A stretch of 64,000 nt of DNA from Eledone cirrhosa. Its lineage: Eukaryota. The DNA lies in the NCBI GenBank assembly GCA_964016885.1, contig OZ024742.1:261268001-261332000 (forward strand), in the 5' to 3' direction. The notes beneath the pieces were generated by a model, which made no database searches, had not been told where the DNA came from, and saw only the letters and a list, made by a program, of their open reading frames with translations. Positions within the stretch are counted from its first letter, which is position 1; each line of letters starts with the position of its first letter. Made by a program: the position numbers and the translations under genes. Shown piece by piece: positions 52,150-64,000 of this stretch.

Positions 52150-52350
52150 ACTTTCCCCCCAAACTGGTGACTGAACACACACGTACTTCTCCACAAAGTA
52201 TTTTTTCTGTTTCTTTCTCTTCTGAAGAAGGATTAGCGTTCGATACGTTAAGTCTTTTCGTACCATACCAAGCGTTAAACTAATATATAACTTAATTGTA
52301 CCGTTTTGTTTGCCTTGTTGTTTTCCATCTACTTTTGACACATACACATA
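52150..52350 (+). mobile_element. PLE-like tail, family X, hammerhead with GAAA changed to GATA
   Basis: CTGAAGA-A-GGAT tagc GTTC-GATACGTTA-AG at 52222-52252; downstream matches 9160-9250. Confidence 0.6.
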
Positions 52351-52374
52351 TAATGCCCCCCCCCCCCCTATATA

Positions 52375-52769
52375 TATATTATTATACTTTGGGAGGGTCA
52401 TGTTACCAATAAAAACACACGCACCTTTGGTTTTCACTTCAATTTATCATAAGTTTTTGATTGGTTGTTTATATATTGTCAAACTTCTTTCGTCACACAT
52501 TCTGTGACACCTCCTTATAGACTAGGTTTTTATTTTGTGTGTCTCTCCTTTGTTCTGTCCTACACCATCTTGTTTTTGACAATATATAAACAACCTTCCG
52601 ATTATCGAACCAACCAACCAACCAACCAACCAGAAACTTATAATAAATTGAAGTGAAAACCAACAGGTGCGTGTGTTTTTATTGACAGCATGACCCTCCC
52701 AAAGGATAACAATATCTGTTTCAAAACACGTTTTCAGATAAGAAATCTCGCAAAACAAATTCAAAAACG

Positions 52770-52772
<3 letters not shown>
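52375..52772. mobile_element. Fold-back element, copy 2
   Basis: Same arms, spacer and extension as 10490-10925; (TA)n on both sides. Confidence 0.8.
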
Positions 52773-52809
<37 letters not shown>

Positions 52810-52914
52810 CTCGGGCTTCTACACACATATGTATATAAATAGAGATACATACACAAGACTGTAGGGTGTAATTTGACAGAGATTTAGCTTCTATTCATGA
52901 GAGCTATGATGATG

Positions 52915-53210
52915 AGTATTCCTGTTGATTCGATCAACGGATCAACCTGCTCGTGAAATTAACGTGGAAGTGGCTGATCATTCCACAGACACATGTACTC
53001 TTAACCTAGTTCTCAGGGAGATTCAGTGTGACGTAATGTATGATAAGGTTAGCCCCTTTGAATTGCAAATACAACTCATTTTTACCAACTGTGTGGACCG
53101 AAACAACGTGAAATAAAATGACTTGCTCAAGGACATAACGCGTCGCCGGAAATCTAACTCACGACTTTACGATCGTGAGCCGAACATCCCAGTCATTAAG
53201 CCACGCGCTA
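52915..53210 (-). mobile_element. SINE, family B
   Basis: Minus strand gcgcgtggcttaatg..gtccttgagcaagtcattttattt. Confidence 0.7.
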
Positions 53211-53214
53211 AATA

Positions 53215-53384
53215 CCGTATTTCCCGGCGCCGAAGACGCTTCGTCCTCGAGGACGCACCCTAATTTTGACAACCAAAAATAAAAATAAAAAAATAATAAA
53301 CAACTTTCGGCTTCCAGAACGCATGGTAGATTTTTGAGACTTATTTTAGGAAAAAAGTAGCGTCTTCGACGCTGGGAAATACGG
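53215..53384. mobile_element. MITE, short version of 12646-13156
   Basis: TA-CCGTATTTCCC..CGAAGACG ... CGTCTTCG..GGGAAATACGG-TA. Confidence 0.85.
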
Positions 53385-53784
53385 TATATTATAAGATGGT
53401 GCCAGAAATAAGGAATGAGAGGAAGGAAGCAAGAAAGAAAGAAAGAGAGGACGGAAGCAAGCAAGAAAGAAAGAAAAAAACAGTGTTTGAAGAGATGATA
53501 GATGAATAAACCTGACGGTTAATGTTGTGCTGTTCAATATCATTCATAGTATTTCTGATGAATAGTTTTCATCGAAGTACTAAACTATTATTATTGTTGT
53601 TGATACTATTATATATATTTTTATCCGTTATTTGAGAAATACGTCAAGTTTCCATTACATTACAATGTTCAAGTTAAAAGGGGTGTACAAAGTTAACAAT
53701 TATGATCTTAGACCACCCTCCTCCTCCTCTTCCATTCTACTGCTACTACTACCACCACCACCACCACTACTACTACTAGTACTA

Positions 53785-54135
53785 CTACTTCATCCTTACG
53801 GGGTCGATAAAATAAAGTACCAGTATGCACTGGAGTCGATTTAATCGACCCCCCCCCCCCCCCCCTAAAAATTGTTGGCCTTGTGCCGAAATCAGAAACC
53901 AATTATTATTATTATTATGGACCGTTGATTGGCAGTATTGGGTCTGACGCCATGCTTTGCAGCATAGAGTTACGACCCTTTATGATCTGAGTTTAAATCC
54001 CGCCGAGGTTAACTTTGCCTTTCATCTTTACGGGATCGGTAAAATAAAGTACCAGTCACGCACTGGGGTCAATTTAATCGACTTTCCCCTCCCCCCAAAT
54101 TACTGGCCTTGTGCCTATATAAGAAACCATTATTA
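53785..54135 (+). mobile_element. Two family A SINEs
   Basis: Core and tail motifs occur twice. Confidence 0.85.
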
Positions 54136-54139
54136 TTAG

Positions 54140-56945
54140 CTGTCAGACAGTGAAGACGTGTTTTTTGTGAGCTCCACAAGGTAGGGAATTTTAAGATTTT
54201 TTCAATTGTATTAGTTGCTATATTTTTTGCAAAAGGGTTGTAAGACTTCCGTCTTTGCCCTGTGAAGGGGAGACGCTATAATATTTGAACCTTTTGGTCC
54301 AAATATTTGAACTTTGTGTATAAAAAAAAATTATCAAAGAAAATAAAACGTTGCTGAGCACCCCCCCCCACACCAAACGGTAAGTCTGCTGTTGTGTGAC
54401 AGCGGCTTAAATGTTGAGAGGAGGGAAACGGCGAACACAACAATTTATACCACAAACAACATGGACGTCACCAACAACAGCAACAGTGAGAACACTAACC
54501 TATAAAAAAAAATGACAACACCAATCACAATAGCAACAGCGACATCCAAAAGAAAGACAACAGAAACAATTACAACAAAAACAACGAAATTAACACCACC
54601 AACAAGAACATGAACAGCGACAACACCAAAACCAACTGCACCGAAAACAACAGCAGCGGTACCAAAGATATGACCAACTGCAACAGTAACAACAACAATG
54701 ACAACAACAACAACAACAAGAACACTTTCGCTGCGGCAGCAGCCAAAAAGAGGCCATGCTTCAGCATGAACCTCTCGAATAAAGACGAAATGTTGGCCCA
54801 GGTCTGGAAGCTCATCAAACAAGAGCAAACCTGGGCCAACTTAACTGTCTCAGCAGAACCCATTGAAGCAGTGGAGCGTAGAATGGTGCATTTCAGATAC
54901 ATTTCACCAGAAACAAAGAGGACGGCTTTAATTGCCCAGGAAGATATTGAAGCCGCGCTGAGGTGCATCAGGGATGACATTGAGTAGATAGTGAGGGGCA
55001 GACAATATGGTACCATTTCGGTGCTGTTTAAGTCAGAAACCCTCGCTATGAAACATGCGATGACCCCTTGCGAAACCAGCAAGGTCATTATGTACCTCTT
55101 CCACATGAGAAAACGAACAACTCATGTCCGCAATCCCGGGATTTGCCAGGATTTGACATGTGGTGGCTCCTGGGATTTGTGATTGTGGAGGGACGGATAC
55201 CGTCCCGATAGAGGTTACAGGGACTACCAGGGAGGACTGGTTCGGGATTGACCTGGAGATACTTCTCCAGATCAGGCCCGAAGATGTAAAAAAGAATCCT
55301 GGACCACATCCGTCTCCAGAACATGTTACATATAATGACTGAGGGTAAAAGGCCGTATTGTTTCGTTTGCGGAGAAACAACCCATTTGCGAGTCTTCTGC
55401 CCTCAACTGCTGAAGTGAGGTGCAAGGGATCGAAGGTCTCCACTGCTGCCAACGCTGGCGCGAGGACCACCACCAACGCCAGCACCGGCAAAACCACTAG
55501 CAACAACAACAAAGGAAATTCCTCCACCAACATAGGCCACCCAGGGGGAAAATGAGGAAAGCCCCCCCCCCCCCCAAAAAAAAACCCCACACATGAACAA
55601 AAACATAAACACAGACACAGACACACTTACAGCCACAGACCGCTCATCTTCCAGTAGGAAAAATGAGGGAAAACCAAAATACCCCCCAAACAAAAATCAA
55701 AACGCACAAAGAAAAAAACTCCACATAGCACAAAAACACCCACAATAAAAAATGCAGAAACCACCCACGCAAACATCTCCCCAACAACACTAACATCAAT
55801 ACCACCATCACCATCACCATCACCAGAATCCCCCAAAACTTAAACAATCTAAACAGACGCAAGAACAAATACACAAACAAACATCTGAAACCACAGACAC
55901 CGCACTCACAACAAACACAGACACAACCGAAACAACACCTACAAAACCATGACCACCACAATCACACAAACAATTAAAACCACACCAATAAAATATACAA
56001 AACTTCCTGCTCGTCAGAAAGGCCAACAAGGAATTGATGGCCCTCGTAGCACGAAGTAAAGAAATTCAAACAGAAGGGAAATTTTTTTTTATCGTGTACC
56101 AGAAGATTTGTTTCTGGTGCGATTTCGCTCGATTCCTACAAAGGTATTCGAGAGAGCTTTCTTTAGGACGTGGGAACCCCGAACGTGAAACACATCGAGA
56201 CTTTTAAAGGGGTTTCCAAAAGAAACCCCACCAACTATGAAGGTCGAACCACCCGACCTTCACAAGACCCCGGGAGGTAAGTAAACCGTTCCTCCCTCTT
56301 TTAGCCTGCCAACATGGCCATATTAAGAGTAGAGGGGCACTGCCGGTTTGAGATAAACTCTACAGGCACTGAAGTGCTGTCAGACGGACCTGCCCGAGAT
56401 GCAGGCAGAGCGGCGAAACCATTCTGCACGCACTCGTCCAGTGTCCGTGCATTACTGACTTGTGGAGTTATGTCGGACAGCTGTTGTCACGTGTAGAATG
56501 GATCCGGCTATCGGCCGAGTCCATAGTGAAGATCGACCTGCCGCCTTCTTTTGGCCAGGAAGGGCAGGCAATTTTCCTCTGCCTGGTGGCAATAGCGAAA
56601 GAGGTTATATGGTGAACCTGGTTGAAAGGACTGAAGACAGGCACTTTTCTTTTCGGTCGATCCCTCATCAACTTTTTCAAGTTTCGCTTGGAAAGGAAGT
56701 TGACGGTGGAGAGAGAAGTACACCCCCCCCCTCTCCTCAGTACGTTTGCTGATAGGTGGGTGAATGTAGCGAGAATGGCCCGTGTGAGTGGGCCTACTCT
56801 GACCATGCGCCTGTAGGTTGGTGAATTTGAGGAGGAGAAGGATGCCCTTCCCAGGTGCTCTCGAAATGTCGAGTGGTTCAGGATTGGTGGGGTACCTGAG
56901 TCAACCCTGGGTGGTTGGGGAATTTTCATTGTTCTATTTTTCTTG
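54140..56945 (+). mobile_element. L1/Tx1-like LINE with ORF1 and almost all of ORF2 deleted
   Basis: ORF1 (EAALRCI, RGRQYGTISVLFKSE, CF.CG..HL..C); ORF2 ATG at 56314 (MAILRV) jumps at about 56331 to the C-terminal GALPV.DKLYRH ... TLTMRL stop. Confidence 0.85.
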
Positions 56946-56974
56946 TTATTTTGTTACTGGTATTGATGCTGTTG

Positions 56975-59900
56975 GTAAATAACAATATCAGCAGCAGCAT
57001 CACCGTCAGCAACAGCAGCAACAATAACATCAAGAACGAAAGCAACAGCAGCAGCTGAGATGGCGAGCCCTAAAAGCAGAAGGAGCTGCCCAAGCGACCA
57101 TATCCTGAGAAAATGTAGAAAAAATATACGTTAGTGACAAGGAGATGAGGGAGGCCAAGTTTTTGGCCAAGGTCAGCCTCATCCATCCACCCGACGTATT
57201 GGAAATCAGACGTCTGTGTGCGGTATCGTACCGTACAATTGGACACAAATCGCGCCGGGTGGAACGGGCTACCGAGTCCCAAGTCCAAAGGGTTATGAGT
57301 GCTGTCTGGACACAAAAATTTACATAGTCCGAGGGACAAAAATGGCACCTGGATGTTCTCTTCGCTATACCTGAAGAAGCCAGAGCACACTCTATTACGC
57401 CACTCCACAGCGAAGAGATCACCATGGTGCCACCGTACTGCGGCCAAAAAGTTGTGAGGATCCGAGTGACCCAGGTTCTGCTCTCAGTAGAAATCTCTTG
57501 GTTGATGGCGGCCGTCCTCGCTGACGTCGAAGAGACAACCACCATCTCAGACGTCATGTGAATAAAATATAGAGGCACCCTCGAAGTGAAGGACCTTCTA
57601 CCTATAACTAACTAAAGTTGGAACGAGCTCCCTCTCCTCCATACGCTGTGTCCCACAACTAGAGTGGCTAAACCATCTGTGGCCACAGTTGCGGCAAAAC
57701 TACCGGCACCAGCACCGGCGACATCAACAACAGAAACACCATCTCCAACACCAACAGCACCACCAAGGCCAATTGAGAGTATGCCCGTTCCTAATATCGC
57801 ACAATCGGACAATGGATGTGATGACGCTGAAGGGTGGAAAAGAAAGAGCTCCCACCCGTTGCCCTAAAAAAAGAGGGCGAAACAAACAAAAAAGTGAAAA
57901 CGTCAACGCCACCTCCACCATCATCATCAACAGCCCCATGGCCACAACCAACAACACCATCACCACTAGCACCCACACCACCACCACCACCCGCATTCTC
58001 ATCCTCATCAACTCTAACGTCACCTCCATCAACACCACATCAAACACAAAAAGAACCAACAACATGTCAAACGCTGATACAATACACAGCGATAGACACA
58101 AACAGCAAAAAATTTCATAAATTACATACAACACAACACTAACATTACAGAAACGAATTACATACAAACCCCCAAAATTGCACCTCCCACACATAGAAAT
58201 AATCGAAATCTCCCAAAAAACTTATACAACTTTAAAAAAAAAGTTCCCTGAGACAATTGGAGACTATCGAGGGACTCTCTCGAAGAGAATATACACTGAC
58301 ATTCACATGGAGAAACCCACCACTGGCCGGAGAGATGGATCACCCACCCCCTTTCTAAAAAGCCGAAGGTGAAGTTTTTTCCCTCTCATTTGTTTTTTTC
58401 CTATCTTATCGAACATGGCTTCTCTCAGGATAGGGAGTATAAATGCACGTGGCCTGGGATCGTCTTGGAATCAGGGTCACCTGTTCAACGATATCGGGTT
58501 GCTGAATATAGATGTGGTAGCCATCAGTAAGACCAGAATCTCCGAGGCACGGACATTCGCACCCATTTTCGGCGGCTAAGCGGTGTAGGCATCTCCAAAC
58601 TGTCCGGGATCTGAGGTGGAGTGGCAGTGTTGTTCCGGAGAGGTATGGATCTCGAGATACGGGCCATCTTCGTGGATCCAGAAGGTAAGTTGGTGGCGCT
58701 GGACGTGACCAGCGGAGGACACGCTTTCAGGCTAGTGGCGTCTCGGGCAGGACGGCTTGGCTTCTTACGGCGCCTGGAGACCTTTCTTGGAACGTTGGGC
58801 TCATTAATGTTAGTGGGCGACTGGAACGGTATCTTTGACGGACGCTGAGAATGTGTGGGACTAGCGGATAGAGGAGGAAGATGTAAAAGCCTCGCAAACC
58901 CGCTCAGACGTTTCCAACTGTCTGACAGGTACCGTCTGGATTTTCCGAATATGCTAATGTGGACATAGACCAACCGCATTGGGTCATCCAGATCTTATCT
59001 AGATAGGGTATTTTGTAGCGAAATAGATAGTCTAGCATAGGCTGTCCATAATTTAAGATAGTCGACTACACAGACCACAAATTTGTGATCTGTGTTATCG
59101 ACTTAGATAGACTTCATAATCAGAGACCCGGATACTGAAAGCTGAACGTCTCGCTCCCGGTGATCAAAGACTACAGAGACCAGATTAGGGAATTAGTTAA
59201 GCGGGTGTTGACGGAGTCACTCGTCACCAACAAATTGTGGTTCGCCCTGAAACGGGCGATCAAGGTAGAATTTGTAAGGTTTAGCAAGGCTATAATGATA
59301 GAAAAGAATAGACAAGAGGGAGAACTAGTTAGAAAAATAGACTAGGCGCTTAGAAAAGGCATCGCAACCGACGTGCGAGCGACCAGATTGGCCCTCGACC
59401 AATCGCACGAAGGCTGCGTTGCCAGAGCTAGGGTGCGTGCACTAAGACACGAGGGAACGAAAGCCGTTCAATGGGCCGGGTGGTGGAGGTGTGGCGGGGC
59501 AACAAAGCCACGATCCGGTCTTCAGAGCAACACGGCGGGCGTATGTTAATCGATCCCGAGCAGATGTGTGCGGCCTTCGATCAACTGTTCTGAAGCAGTA
59601 ACGTGACGGATGGCGGAATAGACTTTAATCTCTTCCTCGAAGGCCTGCCGCGGCTCTCGGCAACGGAGGTGGAGTCTGCGAAAGGCCGATAACTGCCGCT
59701 GAGATACAGGAGACAATGACTGGCTGCATGAGGGGTAAATCGCCTGGTTTGGATGGTCTACCCTACGAGCTTTACGTACACATGCCAGACTTGTTCGGTA
59801 ATATCTTGGGATACGTCTACTGCAATTGGCAGCAGAACGAGAGAATTCCTAGTTCTGTGAGTTGAAGAGTGGTGGCGCACCTGAGAAAGAACCCGAACAA

Positions 59901-61525
59901 GGGGGACAGTGTAGATAATTTCAGGCCCATAACTCTGCTGAACGCAGAGTTCATGATTTTGGCCAAGGTGTCAGCAACGAATCGTCATCGGGAGTCTGAT
60001 GAGAGAGTCGCAGATATGCACCATTCCAAACAGATCCATCCACGATAACCTCTAGCTCATGCGATACATCGTGATGAGGGTAGCTAAGGAACCTGAAACA
60101 AGTGGGGCTCTGATTTAGATCAATCGAAAGCTTCCGATAGGGTCAACCATCACTACCTGACGGTCGTCCTCAGGGCGGCCGGCTTTGGGCCCGTTTTCAG
60201 AGGGTGGGTCGCTGCCATGCACAGCGACATTTGCTCTGTGGTAAGAATAAACGGTCACCTTTTGGAACCGTTCAAGATCATGCGCTTGGTCCACTAAGGT
60301 TGACCCCTCTCATCCCTGTTGTTTGTATTGTCTCTCGAGCCATTACTGCACAAACTGGAGACGTCGAGGGGCATTCCGCTCAAACTGGGATGCGGGAGGA
60401 CTGTGTCAGTTTATGCTGACAACGTCGCGTAGTGGCATTAAACGCCAAACACATCGAGGTGATCGGCGCTACACTAAGAGAATACGAAGCTGTGATAGGA
60501 GAAATTATTAAACAGGAAAAACGGTGGTTCTGCGGCCGGCTCATCACCTGGAGAGGCAGGTCCATGCCATCCAACAGCGTCGTCGGGCACTGGACGGACG
60601 GACCGGTTAAATTGATAAGGGTCTGGTTTGGTCCGGACCTCCAGGACAAAAAATAGGACGAAGTGACGAGCAGGGTGGCCTCACTCACCAAGAGATGGAA
60701 TGAGAGAAAACTATTCCTGAACGGTCGGGTAGAGGTGGCGAACGCGTACATCGCGTCCGTCATCTACTACCGTCAAACCGTCTTGCCTTGTCGTAAACCT
60801 CATCTGACTGCACTGGAGCGTTTGCTCTTTCGTTCTTTGTGGAAGGTACGCGCTCCATCTGCTATGTGGAGGACTGGGTATGCCGTGGCTGATGATGTAA
60901 TGAGGCTACATCTCCACATATTCCTCAACGTTGAACAGGTGTGGTCGCCTGACGATAGGCAAATTTTTCCCCAGCTCGTCTCGTTGACTGAGCTGCAATC
61001 CTGGGTCAAGCGGAGACCGAGAGGAAACGCTTGGAAATTGGAATGTATCCAAGCTCTCACTGCCCTTTGCCAATCGAGGTGGAAACTCCACCTTGGCGTT
61101 CTATAGAGGGCAAGAACGACGACGTCCTTGGGAAAACTCTGGATGTCGACGAAAGCCAACTAGCTATTCTCTTCGGGAGGACTTTCGGTCCAGGGCCAAT
61201 GGATAACTTCCAGAGGTTTGGCAGGGCTACAGGGGAGCGTTGCCAGTTCGAGATAAACTGTATAGGCATGGAAGTGCCGTCAACAGGGTATATTCGAGAT
61301 GTGCGTGGGGCGACGAGACAGTCCTGTACGCACTGGTCCAGTGTCCGAGTATCGCTAACTTGTGGGTTTATGTCGAACATCTACTGTCGCGTGTAGGACG
61401 GATCCAGTTATCAGCTGAATCCATCATGAAGTTTGCCCCGCCGCCCTCTTTTAACTAGGAAGAGCAGGCAGTTTTTATCTGCCTGGTGGCCATAATGAAA
61501 GAGATTGTGTGGTGGAGTCGATTAA
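56975..61525 (+). mobile_element. Degenerate L1/Tx1-like LINE (ORF1 remnant and ORF2 from 58415)
   Basis: MASLRIGSINARGL, DPEGKLVALDV, VGDWN, YTDHK, SPGLDGLP, NFRPITLLN, DQSKA, WFGPDLQ, GPMDNFQ; cut at the 3' end by a SINE. Confidence 0.9.
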
Positions 61526-61830
61526 ATGTACTTCAGTATTTGACTGGTACTTTATTTTATCGACTCCCCAAGGAAGAAAGGTGAAGTTGATTTCGAAGGG
61601 ATTTGAACTCAGAACGTAAAGGGCTGGAAAAATACCATAAAGTATTTCGTCTGACACTCTAACGATTCTTCCAATCCATCACCGTCATGAATTTAATTTA
61701 CTCTCTTCGGTTTTAGTTATTTTGCGTCTCATTGAAGTTTTGAAAGCGGCGTATTGGCAGTCATTAGAACGCCGTTCAAATTCAGCCGAGGTCAACTTTG
61801 CATTTCACCCTTTTGAGATTGATAAATAAA
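61525..61830. mobile_element. Two older family A SINEs (minus, then plus)
   Basis: Core motifs ctggtactttattttatcgac and gaggtcaactttg. Confidence 0.7.
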
Positions 61831-61865
61831 ATGTATGAGATGTGTGTGTATACATGCAATCAGAT

Positions 61866-62314
61866 ATAGAGGGTGTCCCCCAAAATGTATACACAATAAA
61901 ATCTTTAAAAAATGCATTAAAATAAATTGTTTTATCGTGGATTGGCAGTATCATTAGAGCCTCAGACACCATGCTTTGCAGCATAGAGTTATGGCCCTTT
62001 ACGTTCTGAGTTCAAATCCCGCACAAAACAGCTACCAAGACATTTATGGTCTGAGTTCAAATCCCGCCGAGGTTAACTTTGCCTTTCATCATTACGGGGG
62101 TCGATAAAATAAAGCACCAGTAATGCACTGAGGTAATTGCTGGCCTTGTGCCAAAAGTAGAAACAATTATTTAAATTATGTAAACATTTTTGATTGTTTA
62201 CATACAATTGAATTATGTCTAGATCATTTTATTTTTGGGAAAGGCTGTGCATTCTAATAAATATTGCCTGTACAGGTAATAAAAGTGTGTATACATTTTT
62301 TGGGGCATCCTGAA
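61866..62314. mobile_element. Tc1/mariner-like MITE with nested family A SINEs (61938-62170)
   Basis: TIR-like agggtgtcccccaaaatgtatacac and gtgtatacattttttggggcatcct. Confidence 0.7.
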
Positions 62315-62759
62315 TATTTGGCTACTTGCTACCGTAAGAAATATGGAGCCTTTGGTACCGGATGTGTTTATTCACGAATACAAAAGCAGTCAAACATAGT
62401 TTGTATATCTGGGAAAGTATTATACCTCTTAGCTTCTATCTCTAGCCTCCGTTTTATTACTATTATTTATTTCCAAGAATAAATTGTTTTCTGATACCAA
62501 AATGGAACTTCCTACATAGCAAAGAAACAAAAGGTTTAGAATTAAAGTTTTATTCACGTCATTGTTGTTGGTGAGTGAATTCAGCTGCAATACGTGTATG
62601 GAATTTGGTTTTAATTCAGTTCATAAGAACAAAATCATTGTTAGATAGTGGAAATATTTGATTTCTTTATTGTTGTTGATGATAGCTCTAGTAAGTTATG
62701 TGAGAAAATAAATCAATGAAATTATATTTTAGCCTCTCTGTTACGACGCCATTATAATT

Positions 62760-62940
62760 TTGGCAGTATCGGTAGAGGGTCGGACGCCATGCTTTTCAGC
62801 ATAGTTACGTCCCTTTACGGTCTGAGTTCAAATCCCGTCGAGGTTAACTTTGCCTTTCATCCTTACGGGGTCGATAAAATAAAGTACCAGTAATGTACTG
62901 GGTAATTGCTGGCCTTGTGCCAAAAAGTAGAAACAATTAT
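62760..62940 (+). mobile_element. SINE, family A
   Basis: Full head, core and tail. Confidence 0.9.
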
Positions 62941-63039
62941 AATTAGAAACAATTATAATTGACTCTGAATATAACTATTTTTGAAATCCATACCAATAAA
63001 GTGTTTAGCAATAATATACGTTATACTTCTTTTTATACC

Positions 63040-63347
63040 TACATACATACCTACACATTTACCTACCTTCCTTCTCTGCCTATTTACCTACTTTCTTTCG
63101 TTACCTACCTGCCTTTCCTACTTATTGAAATACTTGCCTAGCTACATATCTTCCTACATACCTACATAAACACCTCCCTGTCTAACTACCTATTAACCTG
63201 CCCACCCACATTAACATCCACCTACCTACCTGCCTGCCTACCTACCTACCTAGCTACCTACCCACCTACCTACCTACCTACCTACCTACATACATACATA
63301 CATACATACATACATACATACATACATACATACATACATACATACAT
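63040..63347. repeat. (TACC)n grading into (TACA)n
   Basis: Seen directly. Confidence 0.9.
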
Positions 63348-64000
63348 GATGGCTGTCCTTCGTTATCGAGTATGGTCATTGCACGATATACCATTATTAA
63401 TAATTATTAATTAATTCTATCGTGCAATGCCTGTGCGTGAAGATATTTTTTAAAGTGAGGAAAGACTGTGCACTGAGCCAATCCCACTCCCTGAGCGACA
63501 GTATCTATAACCCGAAAAGAAGAAAAGATCAGCATGATCGGTAACTACTGAGCGGCAGGTTTTATATCAGAGTTATCCCAGTTTCCTGAGTTGCCTTCTC
63601 CTAGAAGAATGCCCTGACAAAGGCTAGGGGTCCTTCACTTCCAGTGGTTTAACCGGGCGGTACATGTCTATATACATATTTACACACTTTGGGATGGCCG
63701 TTGACTCTTATGAGTTCTTCGGCCCTTACATGCATACATACATAATGGCTGCAACTTGATTTCGAGAAATGCCATCGCTTGATACTTAAGCATGAGCATT
63801 ACGGACATGGCTTGTTACCTGCATACGGACAGCTATGCCATGCAAAGCAAAAGATGTCACATTTAAGTGAGAAAAGGCTTTGCACGGAGCCAATCCTACT
63901 CTTTGAATATCGAATGCATTTACCCAAAAAGTAGACATCATTGGATACAAACGAAGCCGCAGGTTTTATATCAGAGTGAGCTTCTCCTAGAGAGATGTCT
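63345..64000 (-). mobile_element. Two tandem, older bipartite RTE derivatives
   Basis: Both start atggctg after TACA repeats and share gcaggttttatatcagag..ttctcctaga with 48418-48870. Confidence 0.65.

Noticed and set aside
53556-53580. CTGATGA..CGAA
   Set aside because: No stem II, no GAAA and no PLE-type tail.

Overview
AT-rich, microsatellite-dense animal DNA made almost entirely of transposable elements. I found no convincing host exon. The SINE families and repeat load suggest a cephalopod such as Octopus, but that is inference. Contents: six L1/Tx1-like LINE copies (one near full-length at 28.7-34.3 kb, minus strand); an R4/Dong-like RLE retrotransposon in (TACA)n; a degenerate CRE-like element; RTE fragments and bipartite RTE derivatives; Helitrons; TA-flanked MITEs; a decayed gypsy pol; and more than 25 SINEs. 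Two patterns stand out. (1) Many Penelope-like element (PLE) 3' ends of several families share the layout minimal hammerhead ribozyme - short tail (often AATAAA) - (TA)n, and are often accompanied by fold-back inverted repeats. (2) All four Tx1-like ORF1/ORF2 junctions carry a splice-donor-like motif and a pyrimidine tract just before the ORF2 ATG. Most long six-frame ORFs are microsatellite artefacts. Element boundaries were read by eye and are approximate unless terminal motifs are quoted.
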